Below, in pieces: positions 48,938-56,653 of a stretch of 64,000 bases of DNA. The DNA is from an uncultured Solirubrobacterales bacterium (GTDB lineage Bacteria > Actinomycetota > Thermoleophilia > Solirubrobacterales > Solirubrobacteraceae). The stretch is from assembly GCA_963808605.1 (NCBI GenBank), contig CAWEGQ010000009.1, positions 472,697 to 536,696 of the forward strand, in the 5' to 3' direction. A program made the translations under genes and the position numbers. The notes below the pieces were generated by a model. That model saw only the letters and a list, made by a program, of their open reading frames with translations. It was not told the DNA's origin and ran no database searches. Positions within the stretch are counted from its first letter, which is position 1. Each line of letters opens with the position of its first letter.

Positions 48938-50724
48938 CCGACAACGTATCCCCGCTGCGACCCGTGCAGGACGGTGCGACCGGCCGCGGGGCGCAGGGTG
49001 CTGGTGGTGTCACCCAACCCTCGCTGCGCGGCGGTTCGGGCCGGTTCCTCACCGACGTGCTGGTCGAGCTCGGATTCGTTGACCGCGAGCGCGTGCAGAA
49101 GGCGATCGAGGAGGCCCGCCAGGCCGGCGTCCCGCCAGAGCGCGTGCTGCTCGACGCGCGCACCATCACCTCCGAGCAGCTCTCTCACGCGATCGCCGAG
49201 CGCTACGGATTGGATCACATCGACCTCGGCGTGTTCAAGGTCGACATGGCGGCGGCCAATCTGCTCAGCGCCTCCGCCGCGAAGCGCTACAGCGCCGTCC
49301 CGGTCGCCTACGTCGATGAGCACACGCTCCTGCTGGCCATGTCTGATCCGGCCAACGTGCTCGCCGTCGACGACATCGCGCTGCTGACCCGGCTGGACAT
49401 TCGCCCGGCCGTCGCCTCCGCCGATGACATCGTCTCGCTGATCACCCGGATGAATCGCTTCGAGGCCGCCGTCCAGGAGGCGGTCGACCAGAGCGAGGAC
49501 GCCGCGGCCCCGCTGGAGATCGTCGACCTGCGCGAGTCCGCCGAGGACGCGCCGGTGATCAAGCTGGTGCACTCGATCATCGCGCAGGCGACCGAGCGGG
49601 GCGCATCCGACATCCACTTCGAGCCGCAGCCCGACTCGACCGGCCGGTCCGGACGCGAATTACGGGTGCGGATGCGGATCGACGGCGTCCTCACCGACGA
49701 GATGATCGTGCCCAAGCGGATGGTGGCCGGCGTCGTCTCGCGGATCAAGATCATGAGTGACCTGGATATCGCCGAGCGCCGCCTGCCGCAGGACGGCCGC
49801 GTCGGACTGACCATCGAAGGCCGCCAGGTCGACGTGCGCGTCGTGACCATCCCGAGCGTGCACGGGGAGTCCGTCGTGCTGCGGATCCTCGACAAGGAGA
49901 GCATCCGGCTGGAGCTCGACCGGCTCGGGATGTCTCCGCCCGAACTCGATCGCTTCCGTCGTTCGTTTCATCGCTCGCACGGGGCCGTGCTGACCACCGG
50001 TCCGACCGGATCCGGCAAGTCCACATCCCTGTACGGCGCGCTGCTCGAGCTCAACACGCCGGAGAAGAACATCATCACGATCGAGGATCCGGTCGAGTAC
50101 CAGATCAAGGGCATCACCCAGATGCAGGTCAACAACAAGGCCGGGCTGACGTTTGCCACCGGCCTGCGCTCGATGATGCGCGCCGATCCCGACATCCTGA
50201 TGGTGGGGGAGATCCGCGACCGCGAGACCGCGCAGATCGCGATCGAGGGAGCGCTGACCGGCCACATGGTGCTCTCGACCCTGCACACCAACGACGCGCC
50301 CTCGGCGATCACCCGGCTGATCGAGATGGGAATCGAGCCGTTCCTGGTCGCCTCCTCGATTGACTGCGTGGTCGCCCAGCGTCTCGCCCGCACGCTCTGC
50401 TCCCACTGCAAGAAACGCACGATCGTTCCCGCCGCGATCCTGCGCGATCACGGCTTCGCCGCCCAGTTCGACATCGAGGCGTATGAGGCGGTCGGTTGCG
50501 TGCGCTGCGGGCAGATGGGCTACCGCGGACGCACCGGGCTGTACGAGGTGATGACCGTGTCGGAGGAGATCCGCTCGCTGATCCTGACGCGCGCATCCGC
50601 CGATCAGATCGCCGCCGTGGCGGTGCGGGAGGGAATGAGGCGTCTACGGGAGGACGGACTCGACAAGGTCAAGTCCGGGCTCACTTCGATGTCCGAAATC
50701 TCCCGGGTCACCGGCAGCGGCTGA
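48934..50724 (+). CDS. pilB: Type IV pilus assembly ATPase PilB (GspE family) with N-terminal T2SSE_N domain
   Basis: GTGA overlap with aroE; Walker A GPTGSGKST; Asp and His boxes; tetracysteine CSHCK...CVRCG. Confidence 0.9.
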   Translation: MTDNVSPLRPVQDGATGRGAQGAGGVTQPSLRGGSGRFLTDVLVELGFVDRERVQKAIEEARQAGVPPERVLLDARTITSEQLSHAIAERYGLDHIDLGVFKVDMAAANLLSASAAKRYSAVPVAYVDEHTLLLAMSDPANVLAVDDIALLTRLDIRPAVASADDIVSLITRMNRFEAAVQEAVDQSEDAAAPLEIVDLRESAEDAPVIKLVHSIIAQATERGASDIHFEPQPDSTGRSGRELRVRMRIDGVLTDEMIVPKRMVAGVVSRIKIMSDLDIAERRLPQDGRVGLTIEGRQVDVRVVTIPSVHGESVVLRILDKESIRLELDRLGMSPPELDRFRRSFHRSHGAVLTTGPTGSGKSTSLYGALLELNTPEKNIITIEDPVEYQIKGITQMQVNNKAGLTFATGLRSMMRADPDILMVGEIRDRETAQIAIEGALTGHMVLSTLHTNDAPSAITRLIEMGIEPFLVASSIDCVVAQRLARTLCSHCKKRTIVPAAILRDHGFAAQFDIEAYEAVGCVRCGQMGYRGRTGLYEVMTVSEEIRSLILTRASADQIAAVAVREGMRRLREDGLDKVKSGLTSMSEISRVTGSG

Positions 50725-50793
50725 GCCGTCCAGACGCGTCCAGCTTTCGCGACGGCCCTCAATACGAGCCTTGTAACTGCCGATAGGGGGCGC

Positions 50794-51888
50794 ATGGAGC
50801 TTGACTTCGCCGACGTCTTGATGGAGGTCGTCGACCGTCGTGCCTCCGACCTCCATCTCACCGCGGGCGCTCCCCCGATGCTGCGCGTGCGCGGGCGCCT
50901 GGCCCCGCTCGAGGGATATCCGGCCCTGACGCCGAGCGACACGCGCGAGATCGTCTATTCGATCCTCTCCAATGCCCAGCGCCAGAAGCTGGAGAACAAC
51001 TGGCAGCTCGACTTCGCCTATCAGATCCCGGGAACCGCCCGGTTCCGGGTCAATGCGTACTTCCAGCGCTCGGCGCTCGGTGCCGCGTTCCGTCTGATCC
51101 CGTTCGAGATCGCGCCCCTGGCTTCGCTTGGATTGCCCCCGGCGGTGGCCGAGTTCGCCAACCGTCCGCGCGGTCTGGTGCTGGTCACCGGTCCCACCGG
51201 CTCAGGGAAATCGACCACGCTCGCCTCACTGCTCGACGTGATCAACATGGAGCGCGAAGAGCACATCATGACGATCGAGGACCCGATCGAGTTCCTCCAT
51301 TCGCACAAGCGCTGCATTGTCAACCAGCGCGAGGTCGGCTCGGACGCCACCAGCTTCGCCGATGCCCTGAAGTCCGCCCTGCGCCAGGACCCCGACGTGA
51401 TCCTGGTCGGCGAGATGCGCGACCTCGAGACGATCGGCACGGCGATCACCGCGGCGGAAACGGGCCATCTCGTGTTCGCCACGCTCCACACCCAGGACAC
51501 GCCGCAGACGATCGACCGCATCATCGACGTGTTCCCATCGGCGCAGCAGGCCCAGGTCCGGGCCCAGCTTTCGGTGGCCCTGCAGGGAATCGTCACGCAG
51601 ACGCTGCTACCCACCGCCGACGGCGCCGGCCGCTGTGTCGCCGCCGAGGTGCTGGTTCCCACTCCGGCCGTGCGCAACCTGATCCGGGAAGGCAAGAGCC
51701 ACCAGATCTACTCGGTGCTGCAGACTGGTGGCGCCCATGGGATGCAGACCATGGACTCGGCGCTGGCCCAACTGGTCCGGGCCGGCAAGATCTCCCGTCA
51801 GCTCGCCGAATCCCGCGCCCACTCGGCCGAGGAGCTCAGGCGCCTGATCGGCGGGGTCGCCACGGGCGGCAGCCAGATGGCGGCGTAG
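50794..51888 (+). CDS. pilT: Type IV pilus retraction ATPase PilT
   Basis: ASDLHLTAGAPP, GPTGSGKSTT, GHLVFATLHT, AIRNLIREGK-like VRNLIREGK motif. Confidence 0.9.
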   Translation: MELDFADVLMEVVDRRASDLHLTAGAPPMLRVRGRLAPLEGYPALTPSDTREIVYSILSNAQRQKLENNWQLDFAYQIPGTARFRVNAYFQRSALGAAFRLIPFEIAPLASLGLPPAVAEFANRPRGLVLVTGPTGSGKSTTLASLLDVINMEREEHIMTIEDPIEFLHSHKRCIVNQREVGSDATSFADALKSALRQDPDVILVGEMRDLETIGTAITAAETGHLVFATLHTQDTPQTIDRIIDVFPSAQQAQVRAQLSVALQGIVTQTLLPTADGAGRCVAAEVLVPTPAVRNLIREGKSHQIYSVLQTGGAHGMQTMDSALAQLVRAGKISRQLAESRAHSAEELRRLIGGVATGGSQMAA

Positions 51889-51892
51889 CGCG

Positions 51893-53101
51893 GTGGCCAC
51901 CTTCCAGTTCAAGGCGATGGACCTCGCGGGCGTGCCCGCCGCCGGCGAGGTGGAGGCGGTGTCCAAGCAGGACGTCGCCGATCAGCTCAGGCAGCGCGGG
52001 CTCGTCGTCATCGACATCGCCCACAAGTACCGCTCCAAGGAGCTCAACCTTGAGCTGTTCGCGCGGGTCAAGGCGAACGATCTCTCCCTGGCCACCCGGC
52101 AGCTCTCGACGATGGTCAGCTCCGGTATGTCGATCCTGCGGGCGCTCTACGTGCTCGAGACGCAGACGAAGTCGAAGCTCCTGCAGAGCACCGTGGTGGC
52201 CGTCCGCAACGACGTCGAGGCCGGCCTGCTGCTGTCCGACGCGCTCGAGCGCCATCCGAAGGTGTTCGGCCCGCTGTACGTCTCGATGGTGCGCGCGGGG
52301 GAGACCGGAGGCGTGCTCGAGGAGTGCCTGCTCCGCGTCGCCGACCAGCTGGAGAAGGATGCCTCGCTGCGTCGCCAAGTGCGCGCCGCGATGGTCTACC
52401 CCGCGGTGGTGATCTCGTTTGCGGTGATCGTCCTGCTGGCGCTGGTGGCTTTCCTGATCCCCGTGTTCGAGGGGGTCTTCAAGGAGTTTCCAGGGAAGCT
52501 GCCCGCCCTCAGTCAGGTCATGGTCGACTTCTCACACCTGCTGACCAAGCAGTGGTACGTGTTGATCGTCTTCGTCGCCGCCGTCGTCTTCGGCTTCCTG
52601 TCGTTCAAGAAGTCGAAATGGGGACGTCCCCATTGGGACGCCTTCAGGCTGCGCGTGCCGATGAAGATCGGCGAGGTCGTCCAGAAGGTCTCGATCGCCC
52701 GCTGGTCGCGCACGCTCTCCTCGCTCACCTCGGCCGGAGTCCCGATCATCCAGGCGCTCGAGATCACCGGCAAGACGGCCGGCAACATGGTGGTGGAGAA
52801 GGCCATGGCGCAGGTGATCAACTCGGTCAAGTCGGGCGGGACGATCTCCGAGCCGCTCAAGCACGCCAGCGTGTTCCCCCCGATGGTCGCTCAGATGGTG
52901 GGCGTCGGCGAGGAGACCGGCGGTCTCGACACGATGCTGAGCAAGATCGCCGACTTCTACGACGACGAGGTCGACGCCGCGGTCAAGGCGCTGACCTCGA
53001 TCCTCGAGCCCGTCATGATCATCGTGGTCGGCGGCATCGTCGGCGTGATCGTGATCTCGATGTACCTGCCGCTGTTCAGCGTTTACAACAGCATCAAGTA
53101 A
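51893..53101 (+). CDS. pilC: Type IV pilus platform protein PilC (GspF family)
   Basis: Two GspF repeats (MVRAGETGG, MVGVGEETGG), three TM segments, 402 aa. Confidence 0.9.
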   Translation: MATFQFKAMDLAGVPAAGEVEAVSKQDVADQLRQRGLVVIDIAHKYRSKELNLELFARVKANDLSLATRQLSTMVSSGMSILRALYVLETQTKSKLLQSTVVAVRNDVEAGLLLSDALERHPKVFGPLYVSMVRAGETGGVLEECLLRVADQLEKDASLRRQVRAAMVYPAVVISFAVIVLLALVAFLIPVFEGVFKEFPGKLPALSQVMVDFSHLLTKQWYVLIVFVAAVVFGFLSFKKSKWGRPHWDAFRLRVPMKIGEVVQKVSIARWSRTLSSLTSAGVPIIQALEITGKTAGNMVVEKAMAQVINSVKSGGTISEPLKHASVFPPMVAQMVGVGEETGGLDTMLSKIADFYDDEVDAAVKALTSILEPVMIIVVGGIVGVIVISMYLPLFSVYNSIK

Positions 53102-53112
53102 CGCGCGGTGGT

Positions 53113-53694
53113 TCAGCCTGAGCGGAGGGCTCGCAACGGCTGCGGCGTCCATTGAGGCCAGGCCGGGCTGCGGGCCGCGATGCCGCCGTGGAACTCGGCG
53201 ACGATTGCCGGCCCGCTGTGACGGGAGTTGTCGTAGACGATCACCGTGTCCGCGAGCGGGACCGACGCTGCGACGTTCTTCCACAGACGGCCGTAGCGCT
53301 CTCGGATCTTCTTCACCGGCACGTCATGTCCGCCGGCCGCCACTCGGTAGGCGACTCGTCGGACTGCCAGATCCTCCGGGATCAGCAGCACATGCAGAAT
53401 GACCGTGAAGCCGTTCCGTTTGGCGGCCTGCACCAGCTGCACCTTCGACGGATGCGAGAAGACGGTCTCTGCGATGAACGACGCTCCGCCGGCGATCAAC
53501 TTCGCGCGCGTGCGCTCGGCTATCCCAGCCGCGTCGTAGGCATGAGCTTCGGGCTCGTCCGGCCACTGTTGACGAGCGATCTGGTCGGCATTCACGAACG
53601 GAAATCCCGCTGGAAGCTGGACCGAGAGGATGTCTTCTACGAACGTGGTCTTGCCGGCGCCGTTCGGGCCGACGACCAGGTCAAGGCGTCTCAA
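53113..53694 (-). CDS. Zeta-toxin-family P-loop kinase-like protein (putative TA toxin)
   Basis: Walker A GPNGAGKTT; ~190 aa; 14-nt overlap with the upstream small antitoxin-like gene. Confidence 0.75.
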   Translation of the reverse strand: MRRLDLVVGPNGAGKTTFVEDILSVQLPAGFPFVNADQIARQQWPDEPEAHAYDAAGIAERTRAKLIAGGASFIAETVFSHPSKVQLVQAAKRNGFTVILHVLLIPEDLAVRRVAYRVAAGGHDVPVKKIRERYGRLWKNVAASVPLADTVIVYDNSRHSGPAIVAEFHGGIAARSPAWPQWTPQPLRALRSG

Positions 53695-54067
53695 GCGGCC
53701 GGCTGGTTCCGTCGGGCCGGTGTTCGATCAGTTCTCCGTCCTCATCCAGGGACACGGTGGTGATGCCCCTGGCGTTCAGCACCGCTCCCAGATCCATGCT
53801 GCGCAAGTTCTCCTCAACCCGCGCCTGCACCTCTGCATTGAACACGGTGGCTTCTTCACCGCTGAGCTGGCTCAGCGGAAGCGTTCCAGCGAACGCCGCT
53901 TCGACGCGCATACGAGCAGCGCCCTGCTGCGCGCACACGGCGCGCCCGACCCGCGTCCAGTGGTCGAGCTGCTGCTTGGCTGAGCGACTCTGACGGGCGC
54001 CCTCCACCGTGGCGCTGTCAAGCAGATCGGAGGCGATCCGGGTTGGGCGGTCAGCGGTCGCCGACAT
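53681..54067 (-). CDS. ParD-like antitoxin family protein
   Basis: PTRIASDLLDSATVEGARQSRSAKQQLDHWTRVGRAV resembles the ParD-like antitoxin N-terminus. Only the last 128 codons of the 349-aa ORF-track entry are accepted. Confidence 0.65.
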   Translation of the reverse strand: MSATADRPTRIASDLLDSATVEGARQSRSAKQQLDHWTRVGRAVCAQQGAARMRVEAAFAGTLPLSQLSGEEATVFNAEVQARVEENLRSMDLGAVLNARGITTVSLDEDGELIEHRPDGTSRPLETP

Positions 54068-54199
54068 CACGGGCTCTCTAACGGTCGCATTACGATACGA
54101 CTGTAACACAATGCTACGACCACTCGGCCCCGACCGCGGCGCGAGCGCCACGTTGGATGTCATTCCGCCGGCGACGCGCTCGCGCGCCTGAGCGCCGCT

Positions 54200-54850
54200 A
54201 TGGTGCGGTCGATGATCGTCACCGAGGCAGTCGACAGCTATCTGGCCAAGCTGCGGCCCGAGTCCGATCCCGTTCTGGCCGAGATGGAGGCTCATGGCGC
54301 GCGCGATCGGATACCGATTGTCGCCCCTGAAACCGGTGCGTTGCTGCACATCCTGGCTCTGTCCCGGCGCGCCGAAAGGGTGGTCGAGGTGGGCACCGCG
54401 ATCGGGGTCTCGACGCTGTACCTGGCTCGGGCACTGCCGGCCGGCGGCAAGATCGTCTCGTTCGAGATCGATGCCGAGCGCCACGCCGCCGCCCGGGCCT
54501 ATCTCGATCGCGCGGGGGCGAGCGACCGCGCAGATCTTCGACTGCAGGACGCGCGCGAGGGTCTGGCCGGCCTCGAGCCCCCCTTCGACATGGCTTTCAT
54601 CGATGGGGTCAAGGCTCAGTACATCGACTACTTCGACCTGGTGCTGCCGCTGCTGGGTCCCGGCGCGGTGCTGGCGGTCGACAATGTGCTGATGTCGGGC
54701 ACGGTCGCCGAAGGCCGGTCCGATGGCCACTGGACCGACGAGCAGATCGCCACCGCCCGGGCGTTCAATGAGCGCCTGTTGGCCCGGCCCGAACTGGTCG
54801 GCACGGTCACGCCGGTGGGCGACGGCGTGCTGGTCGCGGTGCGAAGGTGA
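54200..54850 (+). CDS. Class I SAM-dependent O-methyltransferase (caffeoyl-CoA OMT-like)
   Basis: VVEVGTAIGVSTLYLA (SAM motif I), FDMAFIDG, LAVDNVL. Confidence 0.85.
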   Translation: MVRSMIVTEAVDSYLAKLRPESDPVLAEMEAHGARDRIPIVAPETGALLHILALSRRAERVVEVGTAIGVSTLYLARALPAGGKIVSFEIDAERHAAARAYLDRAGASDRADLRLQDAREGLAGLEPPFDMAFIDGVKAQYIDYFDLVLPLLGPGAVLAVDNVLMSGTVAEGRSDGHWTDEQIATARAFNERLLARPELVGTVTPVGDGVLVAVRR

Positions 54851-55053
54851 GCCCGGCGGCCAAACGGCGGGAGCGGGCAGAGCTGCCGCCCGAGGATCGC
54901 AGCGTATGCACTCCGTGCCGGGGAACCGGCAAGGTGATCTCCGGGCTGGACGGCTCGCCGCATGAGGTCACCTGTCCGTGGTGTGGCGGCTCGGGCGCGT
55001 TCGCGCAGGGCCGGGATGCGCAGGACCCGGACCGAACGTCCAGCGCCGACTGA
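54847..55053 (+). CDS. Small DnaJ-type zinc-finger protein (two CxxCxGxG motifs)
   Basis: GTGA-coupled to the OMT gene; CTPCRGTG and CPWCGGSG motifs; 68 aa. Confidence 0.55.
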   Translation: MSPAAKRRERAELPPEDRSVCTPCRGTGKVISGLDGSPHEVTCPWCGGSGAFAQGRDAQDPDRTSSAD

Positions 55054-55125
55054 ACACTCCGCCTTCCGGGGTAGCACAAATGTCCAATGCGTTCAAGTCG
55101 GCGCAGGCCCCGCCGATACATGCTC

Positions 55126-55218
55126 TGCCAGAGTCAGAGTGCCAAAGGCAAACCGTCTGCGAGGACGGGACGCAAAGCCACGGACCTCTCATGTCAGAGG
55201 GAGCCGGGCTGCCACCAA
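55126..55218 (+). promoter_or_regulatory. c-di-GMP-I (GEMM-I) riboswitch aptamer, copy 1
   Basis: AAAGGCAAACC-[CCGTCT-GCGA-GGACGG]-GACGCAAAGCC-[CGG.CCTCT-loop-AGAGG.CCG]-GGCTGCC. The conserved GGCAAACC and GGGACGCAAAGCC blocks, with a GNRA-capped P2 hairpin between them, match the class I c-di-GMP aptamer architecture. Confidence 0.85.
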
Positions 55219-55309
55219 AGGCTTTACTAGTGCTGTCGTAGTCACTATTGGTGTGCTTGGGGCCCACGGGATCTGGCGTAGACCCAATCCCACGATCCGA
55301 GGAGGATCA

Positions 55310-55747
55310 ATGCTCCACAAGCTCCGCAAGCGCGCCGAGGACGAAAAGGGTTTTACCCTGATCGAGCTCCTCGTCGTCATCCTGATCATCGGCATTCTGG
55401 CCGCGATCGCGATCCCGTCGTTCCTGAACCAGAAGTCCAAGGCCAATGACGCCTCGGCGAAGGAGCTGGCGCGGACCGCTCAGACCACCGCCGAGACGGT
55501 CGCCACCGACCACAACGGCAGCTACACGACGGTGAGCCCGACCACGCTGAACGCGGCTGAGGCCTCGATCCCGATCGTGTCAGGCAACAACGCCTGGCTG
55601 AGCGCGGCGTCCGGCACGGCCACCGGCTATGTCGTGACCACCACTTCGGTCCCGACCGGTAACACGTTCACGATCACCAACACGGCGGGCGTCGTCTCCC
55701 GCACGTGTACCGGTACCACCGGCGGGTGTGTGGGCGGTACCTGGTAG
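55310..55747 (+). CDS. pilA: Type IV pilin (major pilin candidate), copy 1
   Basis: SD GAGGAGG; class III signal peptide MLHKLRKRAEDEKG/FTLIELLVVILIIGILAAIAIP with Glu at +5; C-terminal Cys pair C-TGTTGG-C. Confidence 0.9.
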   Translation: MLHKLRKRAEDEKGFTLIELLVVILIIGILAAIAIPSFLNQKSKANDASAKELARTAQTTAETVATDHNGSYTTVSPTTLNAAEASIPIVSGNNAWLSAASGTATGYVVTTTSVPTGNTFTITNTAGVVSRTCTGTTGGCVGGTW

Positions 55748-55776
55748 TCCACCGCAAACGCAGTTCAACTGTTGTC

Positions 55777-55802
55777 GAGAGGCGGCCTTCGGGCCGCCTC
55801 TC
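55777..55802 (+). terminator. Hairpin terminator after pilin 1
   Basis: GAGAGGCGGCC-TTCG-GGCCGCCTCTC followed by GTGCGTTCT. Confidence 0.6.
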
Positions 55803-55912
55803 GTGCGTTCTGGTGGTCGCGTTTAGGACGAAAGAACGATGCTCGCGCCGGCGCAGATCGTAGATACGTCCAATGCACCTAAGCCCAGTCCGTAGTTTGC
55901 CGATAAGTGCTT

Positions 55913-56005
55913 TGCCAGAGTCAGAGTGCCAAAGGCAAACCGTCCGTGAGGGCGGGACGCAAAGCCACGGACCTCTCAATTCAGAGGGAGCCGGGCTACC
56001 ACCGT
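55913..56005 (+). promoter_or_regulatory. c-di-GMP-I (GEMM-I) riboswitch aptamer, copy 2
   Basis: Same architecture as copy 1. The P2 hairpin is CCGTCC-GTGA-GGGCGG, so pairing-preserving changes and a GNRA loop are retained. Confidence 0.85.
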
Positions 56006-56092
56006 GGGCTTTAGTGCTGTCGTGCCCGGGATGGCGAATGGACGACGGATCTGGTGCGAGATAACCCAATCCACCCGATCCGAGGAGGATCA

Positions 56093-56530
56093 ATGCTCCA
56101 CAAGCTCCGCAAGCGCGCCGAGGACGAGAAGGGTTTTACCCTGATCGAGCTCCTCGTCGTCATCCTGATCATCGGCATTCTGGCCGCGATCGCGATTCCG
56201 TCGTTCCTGAACCAGAAGTCCAAGGCCAATGACGCCTCGGCGAAGGAGCTGGCGCGTACCGCTCAGACCACGGCCGAGACGGTCGCCACCGACCACAACG
56301 GTGACTACTCGACGGTGAGCCCGACGACGCTGAACGCGGCTGAGGCCTCGATCCCGATCGTGTCAGGCAACAACGCCTGGCTGAGCGCGGCGTCCGGCAC
56401 GGCCACCGGCTATGTCGTGACCACCACCTCGGTGCCCACCGGTAACACGTTCACGGTGACCAACGCCTCCGGCGTGATCACCCGAACCTGCACCGGCACC
56501 ACCGGTGGGTGCGTGGGCGGCACCTGGTAA
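56093..56530 (+). CDS. pilA: Type IV pilin, copy 2
   Basis: Prepilin leader and N-terminal helix identical to copy 1. About 7 substitutions, all in the C-terminal globular part. Confidence 0.9.
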   Translation: MLHKLRKRAEDEKGFTLIELLVVILIIGILAAIAIPSFLNQKSKANDASAKELARTAQTTAETVATDHNGDYSTVSPTTLNAAEASIPIVSGNNAWLSAASGTATGYVVTTTSVPTGNTFTVTNASGVITRTCTGTTGGCVGGTW

Positions 56531-56578
56531 CCGGCCGCGATCTGGATCTCGATTCAGGTCACCGGCCCGCAGCAATGT

Positions 56579-56608
56579 CGATGGGGCGGCCTCCGGGCCG
56601 CCCCATCG
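56579..56608 (+). terminator. Hairpin terminator after pilin 2
   Basis: CGATGGGGCGGCC-TCCG-GGCCGCCCCATCG followed by GCGTTTCC. Confidence 0.65.
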
Positions 56609-56653
56609 GCGTTTCCGGCCCGGGCTGAGTCAAGTCCGGATGGCCGCCCGCCG

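Larger units (their letters stand above)
55082..56530 (+). repeat. Tandem duplication (about 785 bp unit) of leader + riboswitch + pilin gene
   Basis: 55082-55747 and 55868-56530 align almost base-for-base from GTCCAATGC through the pilin stop codon. Confidence 0.85.

Noticed and set aside
55050-55125. Sigma54 (-24/-12) promoter upstream of the pilin leaders
   Set aside because: No TGGCAC-N5-TTGC-like element with correct GG/GC spacing is conserved between the two duplicated leaders. The promoter remains undefined.
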